A stretch of 64,000 nt of DNA from a virus: IMG/VR virus record IMGVR_UViG_3300025834_000005; one strand, given 5' to 3'. Shown in pieces: positions 9,761 to 19,822 of the stretch (its first letter is position 1; every line of letters starts with the position of its first letter). The translations under genes and the position numbers were made by a program. The notes beneath the pieces were generated by a model. That model did no database searches. It saw only the letters and a list, made by a program, of their open reading frames with translations, and was not told the DNA's origin.

Positions 9761-10441
9761 TTATAGTAAAAATATATCTAATGCATTTTTTAATTTATCC
9801 ACATTCTCGCTGAGTTTTTTTGTGGGTTGTTCTTCCTTTTCACTGTTTTCAGGAAATAAGAAAGCCCCAGGCGTACTCGGCGAACTAACTAAGTCAAAGC
9901 CAATTAGCTCAAAATCGTTCTGTACATAATTGTCTCCTCTAATCTCTTTTAATGTTCCAACGCCTCTTGAAGAAATACCCAGTTTAATCTTATTCATAAT
10001 GTACAATAAGATTTTATCACCTATAACTGATACAACGCCATGTCTTATGAAACCTGGACTTACGATCAATTTAAGCTTTCCGTATAGAGTATTTTCGTTA
10101 TCACCAGTGCCCCACCACATTTTTGTGATCATATGTGATATGTTCTGTAATGATATAACTGAGCTATCTGGATGGTCTGTTTCACCCATAGCCTGATTGT
10201 TGTCGACAAGCTTCTGGTATTCTATAACCTGTGGTAAAAGAACTTCTTTTGAATATATTCTACCGTTCTTATTCTTTACACCCCATTTCTGCAAGATACA
10301 AGTAACCATCACAGGTTCATTTTCTTTAAACTGAAAATTCTCTGAGATTAACTCCCTATTTAGCTCGTGAGATAAGTACCCAGAATCCTGTTCAATTAAT
10401 ATTCCGAATCCACATTCGCCTTTTTTTAATATATTGCTCAT
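9761..10441 (-). CDS. prohead protease (T4 gp21-type, S77-like)
   Basis: GETDHPDSS (catalytic His context) and GISSRGVG (Ser context). 226 aa, upstream of the scaffold gene. Confidence 0.8.
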   Translation of the reverse strand: MSNILKKGECGFGILIEQDSGYLSHELNRELISENFQFKENEPVMVTCILQKWGVKNKNGRIYSKEVLLPQVIEYQKLVDNNQAMGETDHPDSSVISLQNISHMITKMWWGTGDNENTLYGKLKLIVSPGFIRHGVVSVIGDKILLYIMNKIKLGISSRGVGTLKEIRGDNYVQNDFELIGFDLVSSPSTPGAFLFPENSEKEEQPTKKLSENVDKLKNALDIFLL

Positions 10442-10457
10442 CTAATGCGTTATTTTC

Positions 10458-10469
10458 TATATAAATAGT
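10458..10469 (-). promoter_or_regulatory. phage-specific upstream motif (sense ACTATTTATATA)
   Basis: 17 nt upstream of ATG 10441. Confidence 0.5.
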
Positions 10470-10504
10470 ATGAATAAAATTTAAAGTAGTATTTTTGTTT
10501 ATTA

Positions 10505-10519
10505 ACTATTTATTTTAAA
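10505..10519 (+). promoter_or_regulatory. phage-specific upstream motif (ACTATTTATTTTAAA)
   Basis: 9 nt upstream of ATG 10528. Confidence 0.45.
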
Positions 10520-10527
10520 TTCATATA

Positions 10528-13500
10528 ATGGCAGTCAATCTAATCGATCCAAACGCAGTAAATAACTCAAACACTATAAACGGAAGTCCTGTATATGAGG
10601 ATATGCATATTTTCGCCAAGCTAACAGCTGTTGGCAGAGATAGGACAATTATAACTATTAATGGTAATTCTGAGAGTATTGTCACTGAACACGGTAAAAC
10701 TGAGGGTGTTAATTTCTTAGGTGCTAATAGTGAATATAATTTTACCACTGATTGGTATGATGGAAGTACTGTTAATAATAATCAGGAGGCATTCGGTATT
10801 ACATCAATAAAAACAGTTATAAACTCATCATTCATTCCGCAAGTAAACATAAAATTTGTCGACGTCAGAGGATTATCATTTTTTAATAATGATGACTCTC
10901 CATATAGAATGATGTTTGATTTTCCGCCACCAATCTTTAATCTAACTATTAAGGGCTATTACGGTAAAGCCTTAACATATCAATTACATTTGGTTAAATA
11001 TACAAGTGAGTTTCAATCCGATTCAGGTAACTTTGTTATTGATGCTGATTTTGTGGCTTTAACGTATGCTCCATTATCGGACGTATTGTTACAATATACA
11101 GCGCATTTTCCTATGATGAATCCTGATGCTGTATTAACTGGCGATGTTAATAAAGAACCTATCAATACATTAGACCTTATAGTTAAGACACGTAGATTAT
11201 ATACTAAGTTGCCTGAGAAGATAAAGAATAGTGTTGAGAATATTAATTTTACAGAGGCTTCAAGAAGAATAGACATTTGTTATGAGGCTAATGAGTTTCT
11301 GTCGAACTATGTTATCGATGATGTTCTTACTGGTGTCGGCAGTCCGAAACTATATACATATAAAGAGTCCAACCCAACCTCAACGATTAAAACATTAGTA
11401 CCTATAAATAAGATCAGTAATTTTAATAGATATAGTACGGTTGATAATCATTTCCTTATCGGCTATGAAACTGGAAGCAGCGGAGGTACGACTAATTTTA
11501 ATATTCCTAATTATCAGGATTTTAAAAACAATACATATGCAATGAAAAACGCATTATTGGTTTATGGTAATAAACTCGCTAATGTTGTTGATTTATCGGG
11601 AGCATCTAAAGATATTAATTTAGTTGGTATGCCAGTTGTATTACAGGCTCAAAGTATTGAATATCCGAACACTCCTAAAGTGGTTGAGTTCGCATGTCTT
11701 GATATCACTAAAGCGTATAAACAGTTGACGAATAATTTTACTGTTAATCGTAATAAAAAGGAACTTGCAAAAACAGCTTTAAATAAATCGATTAATAATA
11801 TCGTATACAGTTTTCTTGGAATGGAACCCACTATATATAACGTATTTAAGATTATTTTAAATGACGTTGACGTGTTCTTCAATGAAATTAGAAAAACAGC
11901 CTATAACGCTCAGGGTATATATTCTGGGGCAGATGCTGTTAGTTTGATGGGTGATAATGCTGGAATAAGCAAAAGAGAGAAAAGCGGCAAGATCATATTT
12001 CCATTTCCTCAGATTATAAAAAATAACGAAAGGGCAACACCTCAAATGTATGAAGGTTCGTCAAGTATAGAATTTCCTGAACTCGATTTAATTGACAGAT
12101 ATATTTCAACCTATTTAAAGGTTACTAAGCAAATGAAAAAAATGGTTAGTAAGGAAAATTTATCAGAAGATGGAAATAATACTTGGATACCCTTCACATC
12201 TGCTGATAGTAGTTTGCCAGCTAATAGTAGTTCCGAAAATCCTTATGCATCATCATCAATAGATGTTCTATTCTCAACGCTATTAAAAAGGTACTATATA
12301 TTGTCACAGAATGTGTTGAAAAACGAAATGCTTAATGATCCTAAATATGTTGATTTATACGCTAAGTCTGAAGCTATAAATGCTTGTGATGCTATCACTG
12401 ATGCTCTTTTCACATCACAAATGCAGACAGCGTCAGATAATTATTCAGTTAATATAAATAATTTCTTTGATAAGATTTCTAAAAACGCTGAGCTTAATAG
12501 CTTGTTTACTTTAACTCAGAACTATGCTGGGTTGGACGATATTGAATTCAATGGTCATCATTTTGTAACATCACGAATGAAAGATACTGTTTATGATGGT
12601 TTTGAGATTATTGAAAGTAATGCGTCGCTTGAACCACGTAAGGAAACTGCTAACGGCGTCGATCCTATAACTCTATTTATAAAAGATGCTGAAACTCATA
12701 TATGGGAAAGAATCTGGAAAAAGAAAAGTAATACCGAATCAGGCAAATATATTTATACTGTTGATAATCTATTATTAGTTAAAGACACTAACGGAGATTC
12801 TGAGGACGAAACTAAATTTATTAAATCATCAAGTTCTGATATTGAATTCCTTACTATTGAGGATGATACCCTTAATATGAATTTGGTTGATGATTTATTA
12901 ATTAATGGAAATATTCTTTATGGCGATTCACAGATTTCGAAAAGCAAAGCCGAGTCGCTGAACATTCATACTGATTTTTATAGAACATGGTCGAATATTC
13001 TATCACTAAAGGGTGATATTATTGTTTCTAATGTTAATATAAGTGATGATGTTAAGGCTTTGATGTATTTGTCTAATTTCGGCAATACTTGTGGGATGTT
13101 TAATAAGTATCGTAATTATCTTAATGATTATGTATTTAGCAGAACCTCAATAATTGAAATGCCTAAATTTGTATCGGCATATATAGGTGCGATACTAACC
13201 ATTTCAAAAAGCCAAACGCTTATAGACGAGCTTAAGTCATTATATGCTGATCAGACAATGGCTGGAAATTTAATATTTGCTGATATACATGACTGTGTCG
13301 CTTATTTAAACACAACGTCAAAGTCTAAGTTTGAAACAAAATACACTAACTTTAAGACAAGTGATTTTGGCAAACTTAACACAGATATTATGCAAATAGT
13401 ATCAAATATTCAAACACAGAATATTGATAACACATATGACTTGAATGATGCTTATTATCGTAAAATGACTTCAGATAAAAATAAGTTTGCGTGTTTAATG

Positions 13501-15645
13501 GATCGTGAGTACTTCTTAAATTTTGATGAAATAACATTTAAAATGACAGACTTTAGCACCGATCAGCCAGCATATAAGTCTATATCATCGTTACAGAGTG
13601 GCACATCAGCACAATTTGTCAATTCATTTTTTAAAACATTTTTTATAAAAATGGCTGATATTCTTGTCTCAAGAAAAAAGGAGATTGTATCAGAGGATGC
13701 ACAATTTAAAAGCATGGCTAATGATTCGGATATTGTTAACCAAATGTATTACTCATTCAAGAATATTAACGATAAATGGATTTCGGGCTTACCAGCTAAG
13801 ATTGACGGCGGATATCCTTTTAATTTTAAAAGCGGTAAGCTTATCGATATGTTTGCATTTGTAGATAGAAATATGAGTCCTATCGGCGACACTATTATAA
13901 ACCCACAGGTTTTAGTAGACTTATTCGATAATGACGAGACTACGATATTTACAGTGTTGAGCACATTGCTATCCGTAAACGGCTTTGAGTTCTTTCCTTT
14001 ACAGAATTTTATGGTTGCAAATGATAAAACGAATTGGGAAGATTGTTTTAAAATTAGTAATACAACCATACAACCATCAAGTCCTACATATATTTGTATG
14101 TATGTAGGTGGATCGTCAAATTATTTAACCAACAATAGAAATTATGCTAATGACGGTATTGACGATATGGAAAAGGATTTCTATCCTTCAAGTAATTTAA
14201 ATTTAAATTCATATCCTAACAGTGATATGATGAATAATAATAAATCTATAAACTGGAATAATGTAAACGGATTTAAAGTTAGATTCGGCGCACAGAACCA
14301 GAGTATGTTTAAAGATATTAAGATTGATAGCAAAGAATTTCCTGAAACAAATGAGTCTTTGCAAATTTTAGCTAAACTTGCTGGGGATAATACAAAGATA
14401 GCACCAGTACCAAAAAGTCAAAGTCTTTATAACCTTTATGAAAATCGTGCCTATAAAGCAACGGTGTCTGGTTTGGGCAATGTTATGATTCAACCTACAC
14501 AGTATTTTCAGCTTGAAAATGTTCCAATGTATAATGGCGTTTATTTAATACTTGGCGTTGAGCATAATATAACTGAAAATAGTATGACAACCGAATTCAA
14601 TGGAACTAAGATATTGAAATACCCGATTCCAAGGGTAACTCAATCATCAACAGCTTTCGGATATGGCGGCGGAGACTCTGAAGAAACAGCCGTAGGTTTG
14701 GGTAAAGATAATGTTGGTGGAAATGGTACGCCTCCAGCGAATAGCAGCGATTTGCTATCAGGTGAAAAAAGTAATTATCAATCATTGTATACATTTAAAA
14801 TCGGCAATGGGTTTGTGCCTTTAATGCCCAAAGGCGAAGCATATATACGAAGCATATGTTCACAGCATGGTAACTCGTCATTTACTGGTAAGGGCAACCC
14901 TTTATATGTTGGTGATCCTCATCCTAATGTGACATGGGTTGCTAACCCCACATATACGAAAAGGACTTATGATGTCAGTGGTAATGTTGAATTATCATCA
15001 TCTGTTATAAATATGACAACTGGTAATATAGCTGACGCATTGATCTCAATGTATAATTATTACGCCAAACAATACAGTCTCGATGCTAATGTTATAGCCG
15101 CTCAACAATTTCGTGAATCGGCATATAAGCTGTGGGTTTATAATACTTATGAGGGTAATTTAAATGCTATGGGTTTACCTCAATTCTTGAGGGGAACTGT
15201 TACAGAGATGATTATTAATAATTCATATAATGTTTATCCTAAATTTACTAATGCAGAGATTGCAAAAATAACAAATGGCTTATCAAATCCTCATAATTTA
15301 TATGCTGTTGATGAGGATAAACGAGTTATTTTACAAAATGTGATGGATAATCCAGAGATCATGATAAAAGCGCAGTGTCGTTACATGAAAGCTATTTCCG
15401 AAAAATGTAATAACGTTACAGCTTCAACAATATTCTCGTATTATTTAGGGCCTGCTGTCTCTGCACCGACATATGCTGATACCACAAGAAAAGCACAATC
15501 AGTAGCTTCTGTTAATAAGGATAATATTCCTAAAGCTATTTCATATGTTGCATCGATATTCAGGGATTTGAATAAAAATTTCTTTGAACCTAATGTCTTA
15601 AAATTGAATGAGATTGCCGACGCACATCAATCCAATCAGGCATAA
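10528..15645 (+). CDS. giant virion-associated protein with C-terminal lytic transglycosylase-like domain
   Basis: 1705-aa uninterrupted ORF. SLT-like signature QQFRESAYKLW...NAMGLPQF near 15100-15190. Confidence 0.65.
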   Translation: MAVNLIDPNAVNNSNTINGSPVYEDMHIFAKLTAVGRDRTIITINGNSESIVTEHGKTEGVNFLGANSEYNFTTDWYDGSTVNNNQEAFGITSIKTVINSSFIPQVNIKFVDVRGLSFFNNDDSPYRMMFDFPPPIFNLTIKGYYGKALTYQLHLVKYTSEFQSDSGNFVIDADFVALTYAPLSDVLLQYTAHFPMMNPDAVLTGDVNKEPINTLDLIVKTRRLYTKLPEKIKNSVENINFTEASRRIDICYEANEFLSNYVIDDVLTGVGSPKLYTYKESNPTSTIKTLVPINKISNFNRYSTVDNHFLIGYETGSSGGTTNFNIPNYQDFKNNTYAMKNALLVYGNKLANVVDLSGASKDINLVGMPVVLQAQSIEYPNTPKVVEFACLDITKAYKQLTNNFTVNRNKKELAKTALNKSINNIVYSFLGMEPTIYNVFKIILNDVDVFFNEIRKTAYNAQGIYSGADAVSLMGDNAGISKREKSGKIIFPFPQIIKNNERATPQMYEGSSSIEFPELDLIDRYISTYLKVTKQMKKMVSKENLSEDGNNTWIPFTSADSSLPANSSSENPYASSSIDVLFSTLLKRYYILSQNVLKNEMLNDPKYVDLYAKSEAINACDAITDALFTSQMQTASDNYSVNINNFFDKISKNAELNSLFTLTQNYAGLDDIEFNGHHFVTSRMKDTVYDGFEIIESNASLEPRKETANGVDPITLFIKDAETHIWERIWKKKSNTESGKYIYTVDNLLLVKDTNGDSEDETKFIKSSSSDIEFLTIEDDTLNMNLVDDLLINGNILYGDSQISKSKAESLNIHTDFYRTWSNILSLKGDIIVSNVNISDDVKALMYLSNFGNTCGMFNKYRNYLNDYVFSRTSIIEMPKFVSAYIGAILTISKSQTLIDELKSLYADQTMAGNLIFADIHDCVAYLNTTSKSKFETKYTNFKTSDFGKLNTDIMQIVSNIQTQNIDNTYDLNDAYYRKMTSDKNKFACLMDREYFLNFDEITFKMTDFSTDQPAYKSISSLQSGTSAQFVNSFFKTFFIKMADILVSRKKEIVSEDAQFKSMANDSDIVNQMYYSFKNINDKWISGLPAKIDGGYPFNFKSGKLIDMFAFVDRNMSPIGDTIINPQVLVDLFDNDETTIFTVLSTLLSVNGFEFFPLQNFMVANDKTNWEDCFKISNTTIQPSSPTYICMYVGGSSNYLTNNRNYANDGIDDMEKDFYPSSNLNLNSYPNSDMMNNNKSINWNNVNGFKVRFGAQNQSMFKDIKIDSKEFPETNESLQILAKLAGDNTKIAPVPKSQSLYNLYENRAYKATVSGLGNVMIQPTQYFQLENVPMYNGVYLILGVEHNITENSMTTEFNGTKILKYPIPRVTQSSTAFGYGGGDSEETAVGLGKDNVGGNGTPPANSSDLLSGEKSNYQSLYTFKIGNGFVPLMPKGEAYIRSICSQHGNSSFTGKGNPLYVGDPHPNVTWVANPTYTKRTYDVSGNVELSSSVINMTTGNIADALISMYNYYAKQYSLDANVIAAQQFRESAYKLWVYNTYEGNLNAMGLPQFLRGTVTEMIINNSYNVYPKFTNAEIAKITNGLSNPHNLYAVDEDKRVILQNVMDNPEIMIKAQCRYMKAISEKCNNVTASTIFSYYLGPAVSAPTYADTTRKAQSVASVNKDNIPKAISYVASIFRDLNKNFFEPNVLKLNEIADAHQSNQA

Positions 15646-15676
15646 AAAAAGCCTCTGAAAATTCAGAGGCTTTTTC
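15645..15676. terminator. bidirectional intrinsic terminator
   Basis: gcctctga-aaat-tcagaggc hairpin flanked by A7 and T5. Confidence 0.8.
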
Positions 15677-15677
15677 T

Positions 15678-16436
15678 TTATAATATTCCCATTCGGAGTT
15701 CGTATAATTTCAATATATCGTCGTTAAAAGTTTCTTCTTTATATTTCATTTCATTTATTCGATTAATTGTTTTTGCAATCTTATCACTGTTCTCGTTTTC
15801 TCCAATAGATTTTAACAATAATGTGTTTTCAGCTATTAATTCATTGAATAATTCTTTCTTATCGTTACAGTTTATTACTTTTTTTATGAATTCTAATTCA
15901 GATTCGTTTAATTCAGAGTATTTTTCATTAAATTTACTCATTGCAATTTCAATCACTTCGTCACTGTATATTTCCTCTTCAATTTTGCTTTCAGTTATCT
16001 TTTCTTTTTTTATGTGATCAATAACAAAGTCAAGTGATTCATGTATTATGTTCACGTCAACATCGGTACTAATTTTTAAAGACTCTTGTATTAAATTACC
16101 TATAGATTCGAAAAGTTGTAGTCGATACTTATCAACCTTTTTTATTTCATCTTTTTTTATGAATTTTTTTAGTTTTAAATGTTCGTCATTTAATTCTTGT
16201 GTTGTATATGTTTCGAACAATTTTATGTTATTGTCAACATATCTCATTGCTTTAATGTCGTCTGATATTGTTTTATTCTCAATATTATCAAATACATTAA
16301 ATTCAAGTTGGAGCAACTCAGAGTCTTTTAATATATCATAAATCTCCGAGACCATCCCAACGCCCTCATTAAGGTTGTTTTCGATAATCTTATTTGATAT
16401 TACTAAATTAGCAATGCCGATATTAATATTATTCAT
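15678..16436 (-). CDS. acidic helical protein (possible prohead core/scaffold accessory)
   Basis: 252 aa, E/D/K/I-rich, directly downstream of the portal gene. Confidence 0.45.
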   Translation of the reverse strand: MNNINIGIANLVISNKIIENNLNEGVGMVSEIYDILKDSELLQLEFNVFDNIENKTISDDIKAMRYVDNNIKLFETYTTQELNDEHLKLKKFIKKDEIKKVDKYRLQLFESIGNLIQESLKISTDVDVNIIHESLDFVIDHIKKEKITESKIEEEIYSDEVIEIAMSKFNEKYSELNESELEFIKKVINCNDKKELFNELIAENTLLLKSIGENENSDKIAKTINRINEMKYKEETFNDDILKLYELRMGIL

Positions 16437-16454
16437 ATTTAGATATTTAATTTC

Positions 16455-16466
16455 TTAATAAATACT
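16455..16466 (-). promoter_or_regulatory. phage-specific upstream motif (sense AGTATTTATTAA)
   Basis: 19 nt upstream of ATG 16436. Confidence 0.5.
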
Positions 16467-16516
16467 TCAATTAAATCATTTGTTAAAATTATTTATCATT
16501 TATTATAACTTTGCTT

Positions 16517-18454
16517 TTATTTCCCTTCTCGCAAGTCTATATCTTTTATAAAATCGTTCACATCTCCAAGGTCACCGCTAATTAACTCATCAATCTCGTT
16601 GATCATATTGGTGGCTGTTTTGTTCGATTTATCCAATTCACTCTCAAAAATTACCTGAGCATCTGATTTTTTTACAATCTCATGTCCATAAACTAATTTT
16701 TCAAGATTTGTGTTAAATTCCGCTTCTGTCATTACTTTTCTCCTGTTAACGGATTCAGCTTCGATTGGTGGCAAGTCTGATGGCGATTGATTTGGTAATC
16801 CAGAACCTCCGAGATCAGCCATATTGATAGGTGGCATATCGCCGCCAACACCTCCACCAGCAGGTGGTGGCATTCCGCCTTCACCTCCACCATCAGGTGG
16901 TGCTGTTGTACCGCTTGCAGCAGCCATAGCTGTTGGGTCGCCATATCTCTTATCAATATCAGCGAATAATCCCGACTTCTTAATTGCGACAGGCGCATCA
17001 GCAAATTCTTGCATAATAACTTTCTCCATTTTCTGTTGTTTCAAGTCCTCAACGATTTCTCTGTCAGTCATATTAAACAACATTCTTTTTGCACCTGTAT
17101 GAGACATTGCAGCGATTCCGCCTTCTGATCTTGTAAGTTCAGTATATGTTTGAGATTTCTCTCTCATTAATTCAGATTTCTGAATATCGAGTTGTGTTGA
17201 TGGATTTGTTAATGTTAAAGTAAAATCATTAAAGTCTTCTGTACTGTAACCTAATAAGTATAAATGAATCATACCCATTTTTGTTAGCTCTTGTACCATA
17301 GCCTGTTGAATTCTATTTACCTTCTTAGCAAATCTAATATCAAATTGCGAGACGTTTTTACCACCACCGCTGGCATCTTGAAATGACAAAAATGGCTTAG
17401 GAATACCCAATCCCATGAATAAATTATCTCTCAAATATTCGATATCATGTATATCATTAAGATTAGTAGCACCTGGCAATGTTTCGATACCTGTCTGAGT
17501 ATTAGCGTTTCTAACAGGTAAAAAGTAATCTTCATCATTACCTAATATGTTAAATCGATAATCAATCTGACCATCATTAGGTGATACTTGCTGAACCTTT
17601 TTAAATTTAGTTGCTACCTTGTACATGTATTCTTCAATATCATCGTCATCGATGTTACCAACGTCTATTTTAAATACCTTTTTCTCGCCAGCACGAATAA
17701 TCCTATATGTTAGCATGGCATCCTCTGCCATTATAAGCTGTCTAAAAACTCTTCTTACTTTGTTTAGTAGCGATGATCCGTATGGAATGTATTTGTCATC
17801 GCCAAGCAATCTAAAGTGAGCTATTTCAAAGGCATTGAATTCATCACCAGTCATTCTTTCTTTGAAAAGAATGCTTGACTTACCGTTTATGATTCTTTCC
17901 GATCTTTCAATCTCAAAATTAACCATTTGCTTAATAGCTGTGATACCCTTTTTTCTTTCACCGAGCATTAATACGAAATTATCGCCGTATTTGCATGTGT
18001 TTCTTGTCCAGAAGGGTAAATTTGTGTTTACATTTAAGATATTATAGTAAAAATCCTCTAAAAGATATTTAATACGATCTTTATTCGAATAAATACTCAA
18101 CATTTTACCGTCTAAGCCTATTGTGGTGGCTTCTTCCATGAATAAGTCCAAAGCACTTGAAATAATTGGGTAGTATTCCATACCCTCATAATCCATGTAA
18201 GCAGGTAGTCTGGCAGATTCGTATTGTAATGCTTTCTGGTAATTCCTATCAGTTGTTTTTGTGAATTTATTTATAAGGCTTCTTTTCTGTTCAAGTTCAA
18301 GTCCTTTTCTATGAACCTCTTCAGGCGAATTACCTTTAATAATTACCTTATTATTTTTTACCTCATTATCAATGCCACCTGTTGTAGTTCCGAAGCCATC
18401 GAAATTAAATATTCCGTTTAGCTTTTGATATACTGTTCCTTTATCTTTATCCAT
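16517..18454 (-). CDS. portal protein (T4 gp20-like position)
   Basis: 645-aa ORF immediately downstream of the terminase on the same strand. Contains a G/P-rich low-complexity insert (TAPPDGGGEGGMPPPAGGGVGGDMPP). Confidence 0.7.
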   Translation of the reverse strand: MDKDKGTVYQKLNGIFNFDGFGTTTGGIDNEVKNNKVIIKGNSPEEVHRKGLELEQKRSLINKFTKTTDRNYQKALQYESARLPAYMDYEGMEYYPIISSALDLFMEEATTIGLDGKMLSIYSNKDRIKYLLEDFYYNILNVNTNLPFWTRNTCKYGDNFVLMLGERKKGITAIKQMVNFEIERSERIINGKSSILFKERMTGDEFNAFEIAHFRLLGDDKYIPYGSSLLNKVRRVFRQLIMAEDAMLTYRIIRAGEKKVFKIDVGNIDDDDIEEYMYKVATKFKKVQQVSPNDGQIDYRFNILGNDEDYFLPVRNANTQTGIETLPGATNLNDIHDIEYLRDNLFMGLGIPKPFLSFQDASGGGKNVSQFDIRFAKKVNRIQQAMVQELTKMGMIHLYLLGYSTEDFNDFTLTLTNPSTQLDIQKSELMREKSQTYTELTRSEGGIAAMSHTGAKRMLFNMTDREIVEDLKQQKMEKVIMQEFADAPVAIKKSGLFADIDKRYGDPTAMAAASGTTAPPDGGGEGGMPPPAGGGVGGDMPPINMADLGGSGLPNQSPSDLPPIEAESVNRRKVMTEAEFNTNLEKLVYGHEIVKKSDAQVIFESELDKSNKTATNMINEIDELISGDLGDVNDFIKDIDLREGK

Positions 18455-18475
18455 TTTATAAAATATTATAATTTT

Positions 18476-18486
18476 CTATAAATACT
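18476..18486 (-). promoter_or_regulatory. phage-specific upstream motif (sense AGTATTTATAG)
   Basis: 22 nt upstream of ATG 18454. Confidence 0.5.
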
Positions 18487-18509
18487 ATTTTTTTCTGCAA
18501 AAGTTCTAT

Positions 18510-18522
18510 AATATAAATAGTA
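18510..18522 (-). promoter_or_regulatory. second motif copy upstream of the portal gene (sense TACTATTTATATT)
   Basis: 56 nt upstream of ATG 18454, just after the terL stop. Confidence 0.4.
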
Positions 18523-18529
18523 TTTCGTT

Positions 18530-19822
18530 TTATTTTTGCCTCATACCACTAAATAACCATGAATTTGCGATATAAGGATTCAATGGTGAAGAGCTATTCG
18601 GCGAAATTTTTGGCACAGGCTTTTCACCCCTTTTCTCACCTATGGCTTTTATATCATTTGCTGATAATATGGATTTAAGCATACTTTCAGTTGTGCTGTT
18701 AGATTGTTTAAATCTTGCCATATCGAAATTAATAACAAATAAGCCAATGGCTAATCCCATAATAGAATCATCATGGAATGACCTCTTATGGTCAGCAACA
18801 CGATTACCAGCAACTGTTACGAATGTCTTCAACTCTGTTAATAATCTCAATGATCTTATAATAATATCTTCTAAATGTATTGATCTCTGTAACTCTAATA
18901 CCACTGATGCTCTGTTGTTTCCAATGAAAAAACCTGGAATTAAGTCAACATAAGATACTGCACCGTCAGACATTGTTTTCTGACCTTTTTTGATATAGCC
19001 AGCTAAACGATCTCTCGATGGTTTATGTGATACTTCAGCATAATGAACATTATCATAACCGATTTCAAGAAGTTTCTCAACAGCTTGTACACCGTATCCA
19101 CCAGTGATATCCACAACAGCATAAGCATTATTATAGGCTTTGCCATATTGATACACAATTTCAGCTAAACCTTGAGGTACAATCTTACCATAATATTCAG
19201 CGACTTGTTCTATTTTGAATTTTTTTAGCTTAACCTCTTTCTCTCTACCGTTCTTTACAATTATCTTTTTTTCTATATACTCCTTGCGTTTGAGGATGTT
19301 AACGGTTGAATTATCTTCTCCGTGACCTGGTGATGCATCGACAGCTATAACATATTGTTCTTCTGGAATAGGGTCTTCGAATATCCACATATTCTTATCC
19401 ACATATTCTTGACGGATAGGCGTTCTGATTTCATTATCTTGGATTCTTTTTAGATATTCTTCATCAATAAAGTTATCTCCTGATCCTAAAAATGAACAGT
19501 TATGATTTGAAAAGCCATTTGCAAAATAATCACAGTCCTTTGAATCTATTATATCAAAGAAATCGCAACCATCGATAATTTCAACAGATTTAACAAAATA
19601 ATCGCCATCTATAGTTGATACGTATGAAATATTTGGAACCAATGATTTAACATACATGTTTTTTCCATTGGCTAAAAATATATGATCGTCGCTCACCGTG
19701 ATCGTCATCTCATTTTCCAACGTGACTTTATACCCTATGTTTTTATGAGACTTACTAATCCCAGCGAAATCAACGAAGTCACCAGATGAGTTTAATATTT
19801 CATATTCTAAATTTATCAGCAT
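18530..19822 (-). CDS. terL: terminase large subunit, C-terminal fragment: intein C-part (aa 1-108) fused to the nuclease domain
   Basis: Intein block B TVSDDHIF and blocks F/G DFFDIIDSKDCDYFANGFSNHN followed by +1 Cys. Then RNaseH-like terminase nuclease motifs VIAVDASPGHGED and SFHDD. Confidence 0.8.
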   Translation of the reverse strand: MLINLEYEILNSSGDFVDFAGISKSHKNIGYKVTLENEMTITVSDDHIFLANGKNMYVKSLVPNISYVSTIDGDYFVKSVEIIDGCDFFDIIDSKDCDYFANGFSNHNCSFLGSGDNFIDEEYLKRIQDNEIRTPIRQEYVDKNMWIFEDPIPEEQYVIAVDASPGHGEDNSTVNILKRKEYIEKKIIVKNGREKEVKLKKFKIEQVAEYYGKIVPQGLAEIVYQYGKAYNNAYAVVDITGGYGVQAVEKLLEIGYDNVHYAEVSHKPSRDRLAGYIKKGQKTMSDGAVSYVDLIPGFFIGNNRASVVLELQRSIHLEDIIIRSLRLLTELKTFVTVAGNRVADHKRSFHDDSIMGLAIGLFVINFDMARFKQSNSTTESMLKSILSANDIKAIGEKRGEKPVPKISPNSSSPLNPYIANSWLFSGMRQK

